Assembly (NCBI GenBank): GCA_951406725.2
Contig: OX597822.1
Coordinates: forward strand, 79,174,001-79,238,000
Direction of reading: 5' to 3'
Length of the DNA stretch: 64,000 nucleotides
Source of the DNA: Octopus vulgaris
Taxonomy: Eukaryota
The notes beneath the pieces were generated by a model that did no database searches, was not told where the DNA came from, and saw nothing but the letters and a program-made list of their open reading frames with translations. Made by a program: the position numbers and the translations under genes. Positions 12,359 to 23,983 of the stretch are shown here, in pieces; position 1 is the stretch's first letter; the number at the start of each line of letters is the position of its first letter.

Positions 12359-12765
12359 TTGCAGGTGTGGTTGTGTGGTTAAGAAGGCTATTTCCCAACC
12401 ATGTAGTCTTGGATTCAGTCCCACTGCATGGCACCTTGGGCAAGTGTCTTCTATTATAGAACTGGGCTGACCAAGATCTTGTGAATGGATTTGATAGTCA
12501 AAACCTGAAAGAAATCCATTGTGTGCATGTGCGTGTGTATGTCCTTGTCTAGACATTATGTGATAGCTGTAAATCAGCATCAACAAGTGAGTCTGTCCAT
12601 TTCCCATCTGTGAAAAATATGCCAAGCTATGGAAAAAATCATCTTGCTTGGAAATAGGTGAGGGTTGGCAACAGAAAGTGCATCCAGCTGTAGAAAAACT
12701 ACCTCAACATATTCCATCTGACCCATGCAAATATAAAGAAATGAATGTTAACCCAATGATGATCA
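12359..12765 (+). mobile_element. S1 SINE with RTE-type tail
   Basis: S1 head/CORE (ggcaccttgggcaagtgtcttcta), then cttgcttggaaataggtgagggttggcaac...acccatgcaa...atgatgat. Confidence 0.8.
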
Positions 12766-12928
12766 TAGATGATCATAGAGGTTGGCCAATTTTTATTGCT
12801 GTTTAGTAGTCCCAGTTCAAACCTGGTATAGCAGGCACACAAAAAGCACTATTCAATCATGGTTGATGCGAGTGTTGCCTGACTGGCTCCTATGCTGGTG
12901 GCATGCAAAAAGCACTATTCGAGCATAG

Positions 12929-13034
12929 TAGAGTATAAAAGTATAAATATATGCTTAGAGTATAAAAGTATAAATATATGCTTAGAGTATAAAAGTATAA
13001 ATATATGCTTAGAGTATAAAAGTAAAAATATATA
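12929..13034. repeat. 27-bp tandem repeat, ~3.9 copies
   Basis: tagagtataaaagtataaatatatgct x3 exact plus a partial fourth copy. Confidence 0.95.
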
Positions 13035-13359
13035 TTTACATACACATACACATATATGTATACATTCATGGTCACAGGTATGGTTGAGTGGTTAATAAAT
13101 CATGAGTATTATTTTAAGTATTTCCAACCATAACCCTGAGGGCAATACTCAGTCCCTTACATGCAAATTTAAATAGCAGTTAGTTTAACCGACCAAACAA
13201 CTGAATGTTCATTGTCAAAACTAAGGGAGGATTCATCACACCCACACAGCTATATAAAATAGATTTATGAATACATTCACGTTTTCTGCTGAAGCAAGAT
13301 TATACCTGCCCCACAATATCCAAGCCCCACAATCCCATTTTATAGATATGTGTGTGTGT

Positions 13360-13398
<39 letters not shown>

Positions 13399-13417
13399 TT
13401 TGCTTAACAAATTATAA

Positions 13418-13644
<227 letters not shown>

Positions 13645-13649
13645 ATATA

Positions 13650-13702
<53 letters not shown>

Positions 13703-14264
13703 GAATGAATTATATAGAAATATCTACTCACATGATAAAATAAGTATATAAAAAAAAATCTATCTCTCTCTCTCTCTCAGTGATATTCTCCCCTTGAGGG
13801 AAGTTTCTCCCCCTCTTCAATTTCTTATCTGCCTTATTTCTCTCTGCCTCTGAAGCTGAAAACCACAGTTATACAACAAAAGTTGGACAGTCATTTAGGC
13901 CAGCAGAAATACTTATATTTTGCAGAACGAAAAAGAAAATATATATATATATATATACAAAACCAATGAGAAGTATTACTCACCAGAAATTTCAAGCAAA
14001 TATCTCGTACCAATGTACTTAATTCAGCTTAAGGGTGCACGTAATATGCAACAGTTCAAGCATGTTTATTGAATGATAGCCATGTTTTCTTTTTGTAACT
14101 CTGAAGCAAATCTAATGAAGCTAACTCAATTTGATGACAATCTGAAATTCTGATTTAAATCGAATCATGTGCATTTAAAGTAGTTTTTTCTCCTTTTTGT
14201 CTTTTTAATGAAATCTTTGGTGATTATTGCTTAGTACTGGGTTCAGAGCATTTTCTTTTAATTG

Positions 14265-14545
14265 TATATTCCTTCATTGGATTTGGCCAGAGGCTGTGGC
14301 CATGCAGAGGCACTACTATTAGTATCAATGGTGGTTTATTTTAGACTCATTTTTCTGGCTCGGGCTCCAGAACCAGTCCTGTGAAGTAGTGAGTTGGACA
14401 GAGACCCCCTTCTTTGTGTTTCTTGCCATGATGAAGGTTCATCTGGTATCTTGGATAAAAATTTGTCTAAATGTTCTTTGAACACATCTACATCTTGCAC
14501 TTCACAGATAATCAATTTCCAGATTTTAGGAGTATGATTGCAACA
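14265..14545 (-). pseudogene. CR1-clade LINE 3' end relic
   Basis: Minus translation VQDVDVFKEHLDKFLSKIPDEPSSWQETQRRGSLSNSLLH fits the CR1-type C-terminal FKxxLDxFLxxIPDEP...SNSL motif, followed by a short 3' UTR. Confidence 0.75.
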
Positions 14546-14842
14546 ACTACATCTTACTTAAAAAAATGTTTTAAAATATATCATTCAAATTGAAACAGAA
14601 AAATTTTTAATAAAGTGGAATTTCAGAATCCAGGTAACTAGGATTAAAAACAGGGAATATAAATTTATAAGAAAGGCTCAGCACAAAACTTCAGAATTCA
14701 TCTTTATTCACAGGACCTGAATTTTTATATTCACAGTAAAATGTCATGCACACTAAAAATACAAAATACTCATCTGAATGGTGTTCCAGAACAGTCTTGT
14801 TATAGAATGAATAATAGAAAGAGGCAGAGGAAATAGGTTTGT

Positions 14843-15152
14843 GATACCTTGTGAGAGGATTTGGTAGGTATAAACTGAAAGAAGCTTGTCAAATGTGTGT
14901 GTGTGTGTGTGTGTGTATGTGTCCTTGTCTAGTCATCATATGATGGTTGTTAATATGCATCATTGTCACACAAGCGAGTTGTTTATTTTTGGTTTTCTTA
15001 GAGAAACATGTCTAGCTATGGAAAAATATTACCTTCCTTACAAACAATTGTGTGTTGCTAACAGGCAGGGCATCTAGCCATAGAAAATCTGTCTCGACAA
15101 ATTCTGTATAACCCATGCAAGTATAGAAAAATTGATGTTAAAAAGATGATGG
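14843..15152 (+). mobile_element. 5'-truncated S1 SINE with RTE-type tail
   Basis: ccttgtgagaggatttggtagg...aaactgaaagaagc...(TG)n...acccatgcaagtatagaaaa...gatgatg. Confidence 0.75.
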
Positions 15153-15733
15153 TACTGTATGGTGTGTGTGTGTGTGTGTGTGTGTGTATAGTGAGAGAGA
15201 GAGAGAGAAGAACAAAGGAATGAAAGGAGAGAGAAGGAGAAGAGATACAGATGATCGAATGAAACCATAGAAAGATGAAATTGATCTATAGATTTTGGTA
15301 TAGTTCACTGCGTGTACACTGATATTATATTCTGGTCAATATATTGGCAAGGAGAATTCCTTACCAAAAAGCAACAAGGCTTAACTGAAATTACATACAC
15401 CTATACATATGCACACAACATAAATATGCACATACATGTGCATACATTTACATATACATGTAAATGTATGCATAGATAGATACACAGCAAAATATGGATA
15501 TTACATATGCATGTGAATACACACACACACACACACACACATATACATTCATATACCTGCACTTATACATATGTATACATGCTTAATCATACTTTTTCAC
15601 ACACATCTGTAGATAAACACACAGATATATATATATATATAGAAAATTCCCTAGCATTCTTCTTGTCACATACTCCCTTTCCCCTCAACCTTTCACTCAC
15701 CATTACTATTATCACTATTGATTTCAAAATGCT

Positions 15734-15953
15734 ATTGTCACAGCAACCAGTGCAATCAAGTCGATTGCAAACTGTCGTAGGTTCCGTTTGAGTTGGCAAA
15801 ATTCATTGTACATCATTCATTAGGTTTCCATAGCAACCGTGATAAACTGGTCATACAGCAGCCTGCAAATAGTGTGTCATATACAACCATGTTTCTTATC
15901 TCACACTCACAAAGATGTCATATTTATTACTACACAAAGTTGCTTATGGTAGT
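15734..15953. promoter_or_regulatory. Cluster of RFX X-box-like motifs (candidate enhancer)
   Basis: GTTTCCATAGCAAC at 15824-15837 (consensus match), ATTGTCACAGCAAC at 15734-15747 and GTTGCTTATGGTAG at 15939-15952, in non-repeat DNA. Confidence 0.35.
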
Positions 15954-15977
15954 CATGAGATGCAACAACAACAAAAA

Positions 15978-16202
15978 CAACCTTTTTTATTATAGGCACA
16001 ACGCCTGAAATTTTGGGGGAGGGGATTGGTCAATTAGATCGACCCCCCCCCCCCCACTATTTCACTGGTACTTAACTCATCAACCCCAAAAGGATGAAAG
16101 GCAAAGTTAACCTCAATGGAATTTGAACTCAGAACGTAAACACAGACGAAATATCATTAAGCATTTTGCACAGCGTGCTAACGATTCTACCAGCTTGCCA
16201 CC

Positions 16203-16204
<2 letters not shown>
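15978..16204 (-). mobile_element. S2 SINE
   Basis: Minus ggtggcaagctggtagaatcgttagcacg...gagttcaaattcc...; tail ccccaaaatttcaggcgttgtgcctata. Confidence 0.85.
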
Positions 16205-16239
<35 letters not shown>

Positions 16240-16241
<2 letters not shown>

Positions 16242-16540
16242 TTTCATTTATTTGCCACAAAGGCGAAGGTTGTGGGGAAGAATACAGAGACAGGCATAAA
16301 GTGTGGGGATTTTCATACAAGGAAATGATTATTAAAAAAAGGTGAAAGAAAGTATATACAGTATACACTGAAAAAAAAGGGACATATGCATAGCATACAT
16401 AGGTTTAAAAAAAAAAAGTGGCGGGGAGGATGATAGAGATGTGGCCCTCCTGATACAGGAAGGCCTCTAGGGATAATCGAAGAACCCCACTGTCTAAGAT
16501 TTGCCTGTAACCCCAGGAACAAATGCCCTCTCCAATTCCT
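16240..16540 (-). mobile_element. Probable L1/Tx1-like LINE 3' UTR fragment
   Basis: Minus strand ends ccttcgcctttgtggcaaataaatgaaat before a (TTA)n run. A similar end occurs at 25460-25560. Confidence 0.4.
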
Positions 16541-16544
16541 TCTC

Positions 16545-16960
16545 TCTAATAATGATTTCAAATTTTGGCACAAGGCCAGCAATTTCGGGGTCAGGGTAAG
16601 TTGATTACATCAACCCCAGTTGTTCACCTGGTACATATTTTATCAACTTCAAAAGATGAAAGGCAAAGCTGACCTTGGCAGAATTTGAACTCAAGATGAA
16701 CGAATTGTTGCTAAATCTTTTACTTGATGCAGTAATGTTTAATAATAAGCCTTTCCACAATAGGTACAATACCTGAAATTTGGGGGGTGGGAACTAGTAA
16801 ATTAAATCAACCCCAGTACTTGACTGCTATTTAATTCACTGACTCTGAAAAGATGAAATGCAAAGTCAACCTGAGTGGAACTTAAACTCAGAATGTAAAG
16901 GTAGACAAAATGTCACTAAGCATTTTTCCAGCACGCTAACAATTCTGCCAGCTCACAGGG
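16545..16960 (-). mobile_element. Two head-to-tail S2 SINEs
   Basis: Two successive aaagatgaaa(g/t)gcaaag...gaa(t/c)tt(g/a)aactca cores. Confidence 0.8.
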
Positions 16961-17399
16961 AGCTTAGAAAGAAATGTTGCATTGGACAAAAAAAAAGTTA
17001 TACAAAGATGAGGGAAGGGATGAAAATGAGAATAAGCTTAAAGAAATATATAAAAATTAATTACACAGAAATTACTACTTAGGTCAGGTTAGAGCACCTC
17101 AGACCCCTGCCAACCTACCATTGCTTGCCCTGCTGATTCATGCACCCAAAAGTACCAGTTAATACTTTTTGAGTAGGGTGGTAGGTAATAACCTATATCT
17201 TCTGGATATGCTTGTTTCATTCAATTGAAATGTCTTTGTATTGCTTTTATCAACAATGTGTTCTTTGTGCATTACCTATACTCCAGTGCCACCTGCCCCC
17301 TTAGTCATTATTACATCACAGTTATAACTACAGCATTAGAACTAAGTGATTCTATTACATGTGGGCTTGATCTCAGAGGGACAGTGAATCTCCTCTGCT

Positions 17400-17700
17400 A
17401 ATTCCAAGACTTCAGCCAGCAGTGTTGTTGCAATGGAAACTCCATCCTGCTGTTGTTGTTATCTTTTTCGTTTAACTCCTCAAGGCAGAAATCCTTCCAG
17501 TGGCTCTTGCTGCCACAAGTATAACAACTGCTTCGTCAATATCACTGGTTGTATTTCCATGCCCATGACTGGACATTGTGGAATGTTCTTACAGTTTGTG
17601 CAGTCATGAGGACTTGCAAGTCTATATTGACCCATCCCAACTACATGTTGTTTGTTGCTTTGGTTTTCACAAGCTACCCATATAGAGCCACAAAGGTGAT
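17400..17700 (-). pseudogene. LINE ORF1 (gag-like) relic with CCHC zinc knuckle, probably L1/Tx1
   Basis: Minus 17526-17485 encodes CYTCGSKSHWKDFC (CX2CX4HX4C), frameshifted relative to the upstream EIQPVILTK. Confidence 0.6.
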
Positions 17701-18199
17701 TACATGCCAAGCATTAATGCTACGAGCATGGTACAAATATATGGGTGGGTATAGATCTTACCACTTCATCATATCTCTTTTCTCTATCTCAAAAAGTAAG
17801 CAGAGAGTATCATACAATTTACCTTGTTCAACAGACAAAATACAGTCCCATACACTGGTTAGTACTTTTTCTAGATAGCCCACAAAAGAACTCTCTCTTG
17901 ATTGCATGAAGCATCAGTATATTAACTTTCTCTTTTCCTATCTAGGAGCACATGAAATTGTAACTATTACAAATATTATGGGTGATGGAGTCAAAAATAT
18001 TAGAACATAAAAGGATGGAACTAAATATTGAAAAATCTTCTAAGACTGGCATTCTGAGTTCAAATTTGGTCAGATTGAGCTTCATCTTTTATTCTTAAAG
18101 AGTTTGAAGATCAATACAATAAATATCGATCATACATTATAATCAGTCCAATTGACAATGCATACATGTCTCTTACAAATTAGTGACTATATGCCAATA

Positions 18200-18560
18200 T
18201 AGAGATCTATATTATTGATAATGTCAATGGTATTGGTATTGGTAATGATTATAAGGTTATGACATTCATGATTATTCATGGTAGTGATAGTGGTGAAGAA
18301 GAAGATTGTGACAATGGAGATATCGATGATGATGTCAATGCTGACAACTAAGATGGTAATGATGGCAATGGCAGTGATGATGATGGTTTCTGATGATGGT
18401 AGTGCTCTCAATGATGTGGTGGTGGTGGTGGTGGTGGTGATGACACTGATGACATGATACTGATATCTGGGATACTGACGATGGTGATGATGGCAATGCC
18501 AATAAATAATGATGATACTTGAGATGATGGTGGTACAGATGATTTCACAATGGTGGTTAT
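18200..18560. repeat. Degenerate (GAT/GGT)n low complexity
   Basis: Trinucleotide-derived; similar tracts at 24780-25740, 26820-26888 and 29715-29930. Confidence 0.85.
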
Positions 18561-18995
18561 AGAATGATATGAAGAAGGGCTTTTGAAAAAGAAAAGGGAT
18601 GATTGTGTTTCAAACCACTAGGCTATTCAAAAAAAGATAGGAGGGCTCATAAAAAAATGAAACCTATTCATTTCTATTTATTTCCTTGTTTTCAGGAATT
18701 CTCTTTGTTTCTTTGAGGAGGGTCACATTCCAGTCTCACAAAAGAATCTAAACAATAAAGCAATCTGGTTTTATGTTTTTGTACACACAGTATGCATATG
18801 CACACACACTGTTGATGTTTGATAATGATCCACATAAACATTCACAACAACAAAAATATGCACTCACACAAGCACACAGACATAACCATACATACCTCTG
18901 TGTTTGTGTGTGTGCGTGTGAGTGTGTGCGTGTGTCATATCAATATGACACATACAGTTCTTGATGTTGAAGATGATACATATAATAAACATATA

Positions 18996-19210
18996 CAGGG
19001 TGGTGCAAAAGTAGGTATACAGTTATGAAAAAGAAGAAAACATGTATAATACTCATTTATTTTTATCAAAAAAAATTTAAAGTTATGATAAATGTATCAT
19101 GATTAACGACACTGAAAATATCAAAACCGAGGCTAATGTGTTAATAATTTTAATGAATTATTATAACATTGATGTGATGCTTACTGTATACATACTTTTG
19201 CACCCAACTG
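18996..19210. mobile_element. Tc1/mariner-type MITE
   Basis: TIRs cagggtggtgcaaaagtaggtatacagt / actgtatacatacttttgcacccaactg; TA target duplication on both sides (18994-95, 19211-12). Confidence 0.85.
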
Positions 19211-20599
19211 TATATACATAAAGATATGAATATATGCATTTACAAATATACACTGACAAAAGCACACATACATGTACATACGCACATAAGCATGCTTGCA
19301 CATACATATGCTTGTACACACTAACTCATATGCACACACACAAATACCAGTATGCTGTTATTACCATATCATTCTTCATTTCTTCTATGTAACCCATTCA
19401 CCCAACTATACTTAGATTCTTCAGAAAGAAGTCACTGTCAAGAGGTCATGGCCTGCTGATATATCTCTTTCCACCTTCTTCACATTTTCACTAATACACA
19501 CAGAGATAGATCCTGGGTTTTCTGTTCAATGGAAATGATTTGATTTTTATATATATATATATATATATATATGAACTAAGAATGACTATCCAAGAAGCAA
19601 GTCAGAGCAATCCATCCAACATGCAGTATCACCTACAGTCTGCAGTTAATACTCAAAATGCACACACATACACACACACATTAATAAAGTGTATTAAATA
19701 CCATACAAGGGAATTTCTTCATTTATTGAAACTATTTTTCCTTCAATATCTCTTTCTCATATGTGTGTGCATGTGTGAGTTATAGTTCCATTTACAGCAT
19801 TCCATATCCTAAGGGAAACCTTTGAGTAATCATCAGACAAGAATGCAGGTCAAGAGACCTGTTAGAAGCTCCCTCTTCAGCTCAAAGTTTACTGCTAATG
19901 TTGCTGGGAAATAGATGGAATTGCAATACAATAATTCCCTCATCTTTATAAATCCAAAGCTTTGTTCCTCTTCAAAAAGAAGCCAATATTATCATTCCAG
20001 ATTTTTATATGTATGTGCTGCATACATGTTTAAGATACTTGTTTATATTTACACACTCACACATACACATACACACACACACACACACGTGCATGACTAC
20101 ATGTAAATGAATAAATACTTTGCAATGGGCAATGGTAGTAAAAATTATTCTATCACAGAAAACAAAATTAGTGAGAACACTCGATAAAAAATAAATAGAT
20201 GAAGTTTAGAGTGATTAACTAGCCAAAATAGGTTAATTATCCCAAAGAGAAATAAGACATCTACCATCAAAGCTTAGTCATGGAGAAAAGTTGCAATTTC
20301 CATTGACATCAGCAGTAAACCTGGAGCTGAAGTAGGATCCCCATGGGTAAAGAAAAAAAACAAAACATTGAAATATTGCTAAATGCAATAACTGGTAAAA
20401 ATAACTGGTAAACAATAACTGGTAAAAATGATATTGTATTGATTGGAATGATTGATCATATATCCAATTAGGACACATTTGAACTAAATAACAACTAAAA
20501 TAATTTCAACCGAGAACTGAAACCACATTGTAGATTTGGCTTCCCAGTAATTGCACACAAATGAATACAGTTGTTTGCCTTTATTTTTTGAGGACTATA

Positions 20600-20960
20600 C
20601 TCTTCTCAGAAGTCTCTCCTCTTTGTAGCAATAGGTACTTTCTGATACAAGAGTCCACTTTTCACACTTAAACTGTAAATGTGTACGTTTGAAGTGGTTG
20701 ATGCTTTGAGATAACACCAGTAAATGTCTATAAAGAATGAATAATACATATGCAAATAAATCAAAATATGTTGATACTGAGGCTTTATGTACCGGATATT
20801 TTTGAAGGTAGTTGGCATTGAATGAAGTGGCTGTATCTGCTGCTGCCACATGCACACAAATATCCTAGACTCCACCCAAACAATGTCTTTCAATCGATTA
20901 GCAAGGACTCATTCACCAATACACTTCAATCATTATTTCATGGATGTACTGTGGCCTCTT
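20600..20960 (-). pseudogene. L1/Tx1-like reverse transcriptase relic
   Basis: Minus translation VLANRLKDIV near 20885-20915 matches the L1/Tx1 RT motif K(I/V)LANRLK; the rest is decayed. Confidence 0.45.
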
Positions 20961-21195
20961 TCTGCACCTTTTTTGTTTTTTGTTTTTGTTACTTCCTTAA
21001 ATAAAATAATAGAGGGCTTTTACTTCTATGAACTACCTCACAATTTGAGTCTTTTTCCCAAGGTTCATATAACCTACTTATCTCTCCTCCCTATACTACC
21101 CATAACATATCATCTTGATTCTGCCCCTCTCCCCAGAACTGCAACCATCTGGAACTTCACATTTTTCCTGCAGACATCAACCAACAGATTGATTT

Positions 21196-21555
21196 TTACA
21201 CCTGCTTTGCAGATGTAATTTCAAAACTTGTCTGTTGTCTGTGAGCTGCTATGGAGTTATCATGTAAAACAGTAGCAGCATCAGTAACGGCCAACAGAAA
21301 AGGTAATGCAACAGGAAATCTACTGGATAGCTTACTTCTGACTGAGTATTCATTTTCCTCTCTCAGAGATATACACATTGCATGATCCATAAGAATTATA
21401 AAAAGGCGAAGAACAAACATGTCTTCTTGGAGTACATATTGAAGATGTCTCTAACACACTAATGCCTATGGTTGTACTTCTGGCTACAATAGTGTTGGTG
21501 TACAAGAACCTAATAGCATTAATCAATGCAGTTGGAACTTCATAGAAATTTAAGT
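21196..21555 (-). pseudogene. RTE/RTE-X reverse transcriptase relic
   Basis: LKFYEVPTALINAIRFLYTNT ... LQEDMFVLRLFIILMDHAM...SSRFP...VTDAATVL aligns to the RT GVP..I..LY / QGD.LAP.LF / FADD regions. Confidence 0.65.
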
Positions 21556-21899
21556 TACAGAGGAGGACTGAGGACTTGATGGGGATGCTGGGGTTAGAGA
21601 AATCGGTGGAACAGCTGGCAAGGGTGAATGGTGTGTGATGGTATGGGCATGTTCTGAGGAGGGTGCTTGAGTTACAGGTAAATGGATCGCAAAAGTGAGG
21701 TAGACTGAGGAAAATGTGGAGGGGACAGGTGGAGGAGAAGATTGGGAGGGTTGGCTTGAGAAGGGAGGACGCCCCAAACTAGGCAAGATGGTGTGAGAGC
21801 AGTTGCTATGGCATTGAGGTAGATCCAGCCACCCCTGTTAATGGGGACAAAACTCAGATTGAAAACACCGAATGATGATGATGATGATGATGATGATGA
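21556..21899 (+). pseudogene. RTE LINE 3' end with (GAT)n tail
   Basis: RRTEDLMGMLGLEKSVEQLARVNGV*WYGHVLRR...GRLRKMWRGQV, ending in (atg)n at 21872-21899. Confidence 0.8.
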
Positions 21900-23844
21900 A
21901 TTGTTTCCCAATTTACTGAGTCAAATGTTTTAGAAAAGTTCATTGAAGCTACACAAGACTGCATTCTCATGAGCAGCAAATATTGATGCCTATTCTTAAT
22001 ATTTGTTCAGTTGTACTTTTACATGTTCTAAAGTGAGACAGATGCTGCCTTTCTTGTTCTTACTTGTAACATTCATTTAAAGAGTTCTTACAAATGATGA
22101 CATTTTACATATGTCAAGCTACAGTATGCTGTGGGGAGTTTTGCTAAAGACCTGCTTTCAAAGTTAAAGAGGCACTCCCTGGATGCAATATAAGGTTTAG
22201 TAAAGCTGCTGATCTTACCAGAAATAGGGGACAATGCTGAAACAGATTGGCCAGTTATAATTCAACTGTTGCCAGAAACACGGAATAAGGTTATTGGAGA
22301 CAGCTGTTTGGATACACACAATTTGCCACAAGTGACTAGACATTGAACCTGTTTTGACAACAATACTTTTGGGCATAGAAGGCAAACACACACAAATAAA
22401 CTCATATAGATGGAAAGCGGGATGAAGCGAAAGACAGAGATTATAATTTATTAATTGAACACAATTGACACAACACTTACCCTCTCCCTATACACAAAAA
22501 ATGAAGGATGCTCATATGCAGAGAAAGAGAGAGAATGAGAGAAATATTAGAACATCTGATGTCAAATAAGACAGCATTGAATCAGTAATGTCAAATGCTC
22601 AGGGCCAAAACAGCTGTGCCAAAACATCTCATACCTCCAGAAACAACATACATAGCTACACAGTGGCACAAATTTGTTAGTCTTGTTTTAGACAGAAAAT
22701 ATTAAGTAATTTTCACATTCATTCGATTTGAGTATTTCAAAGAGTTCTTGCATATGTCAACATGTGTGAGTATGTGTATGTGTGTGAGCATGTGCACACA
22801 TGCACACAAATGCAACACAGAGAAGAGAAAAAATAAAAAGTGAGAGAATTAGTGAGTGAAGAACAGAAGAGAGTGAAAAAGTCAAAAAACTTTTGCAAAT
22901 TCTCATACACATGCGTGAATACTTGCATATTCATATGTAAGATTGTATACATTATGTATGTGTGAAAATGTGTGTTGAATAACTATACATGCATGCATAT
23001 ATTTAAGCATAGGTACATATATAGATATCCATTTAAATTTTAATACATGTACACACACAAGCAGATTAAATAAATTCAAGTTTACACACAATCGTTCAAG
23101 TATGCATGTGAATGTGTGTGTACATGTGCAAGAATAAAACATGCTTAAGATGTGTGCATGTGTGTGTGTTCAAATCCATTTTGCATACGAGTTTCTTATG
23201 CATATACCTGGTAAAGCATTAATACATTTAGAAATAAAATGTATACATAGAGAAACACAGAAGAATGCATATATACATAGCATGCATTCATCAATAATGA
23301 TTTTGCCCTTTTATCTATTATATTCTAATAAATAACACTTGGAAATAAAATATTCATAAAAAAACAAAACTTAACCTGTATGTATGTGTTTATGTGTGTG
23401 TGAGTGAGTATGATCTCTGTATGTGTGTGCATGTGCATGTGTGTTTGTTTCGTATTTTCTTGTTATATCACATTTTATTTCTTGTTGAAGGAAATGATTT
23501 AGAAAATTTTGTATTGATATCATTCAAATATATTTTCACATCTGTAAGTACAATTATGACTGTGTGTGTGTGTGTGTGTGTATGCATGCAGATATTGAAG
23601 TGATTATGTATTATTGTAACAAGTAAATAATTCATATGAATGTGTGAGTGCAAAATATGCACACACATCAACACCAGCTAAGATATAGATATATAGAGAT
23701 ACAGATATATATTTATGGATGTATATTTATCAACATATTTATATGTATATGATATAAATATGCATAGCTTCATGCACACACACACATAGGTAAATAAATA
23801 TGTATACATATACATACACACACATATAGACAATTTCTCTAAAG

Positions 23845-23983
23845 TGGTTGATGTTAAGAAGGGCACCCCGCCTTGGAAACCATACCAAAACAGACAGTAG
23901 GGGTTAGTACAGTCTTCTGGTTTGCCAGTTCTTGTTAAACCATCAAATCAATGCCAGCATGGAAGCAGACATTAAATGATGAT
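23845..23983 (+). mobile_element. RTE-type 3' tail element
   Basis: gtggttgatgttaagaagggcac...atgccagcatggaagcagacattaaatgatgat. Another copy at 26668-26860. Confidence 0.7.

Noticed and set aside
12929-13034. 27-bp repeats as a CRISPR-like array or repeat protein (LEYKSINIC)n
   Set aside because: Contiguous tandem copies without spacers, no cas genes, eukaryotic context.
13800-14110. Minus-strand exon pair (14100-13984, intron to ~13856)
   Set aside because: All three frames contain stops and the acceptors are weak; a lncRNA cannot be excluded but is unsupported.
20386-20427. (aataactggtaaa)x3, and similar short duplications at 2079-2112 and 40807-40859
   Set aside because: Ordinary slippage duplications with no further structure.
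22475-22510. Minus-strand TAG|GGAGAGG|GTAAGT 7-nt microexon
   Set aside because: Not frame-preserving and only a modest acceptor; expected by chance in 64 kb.
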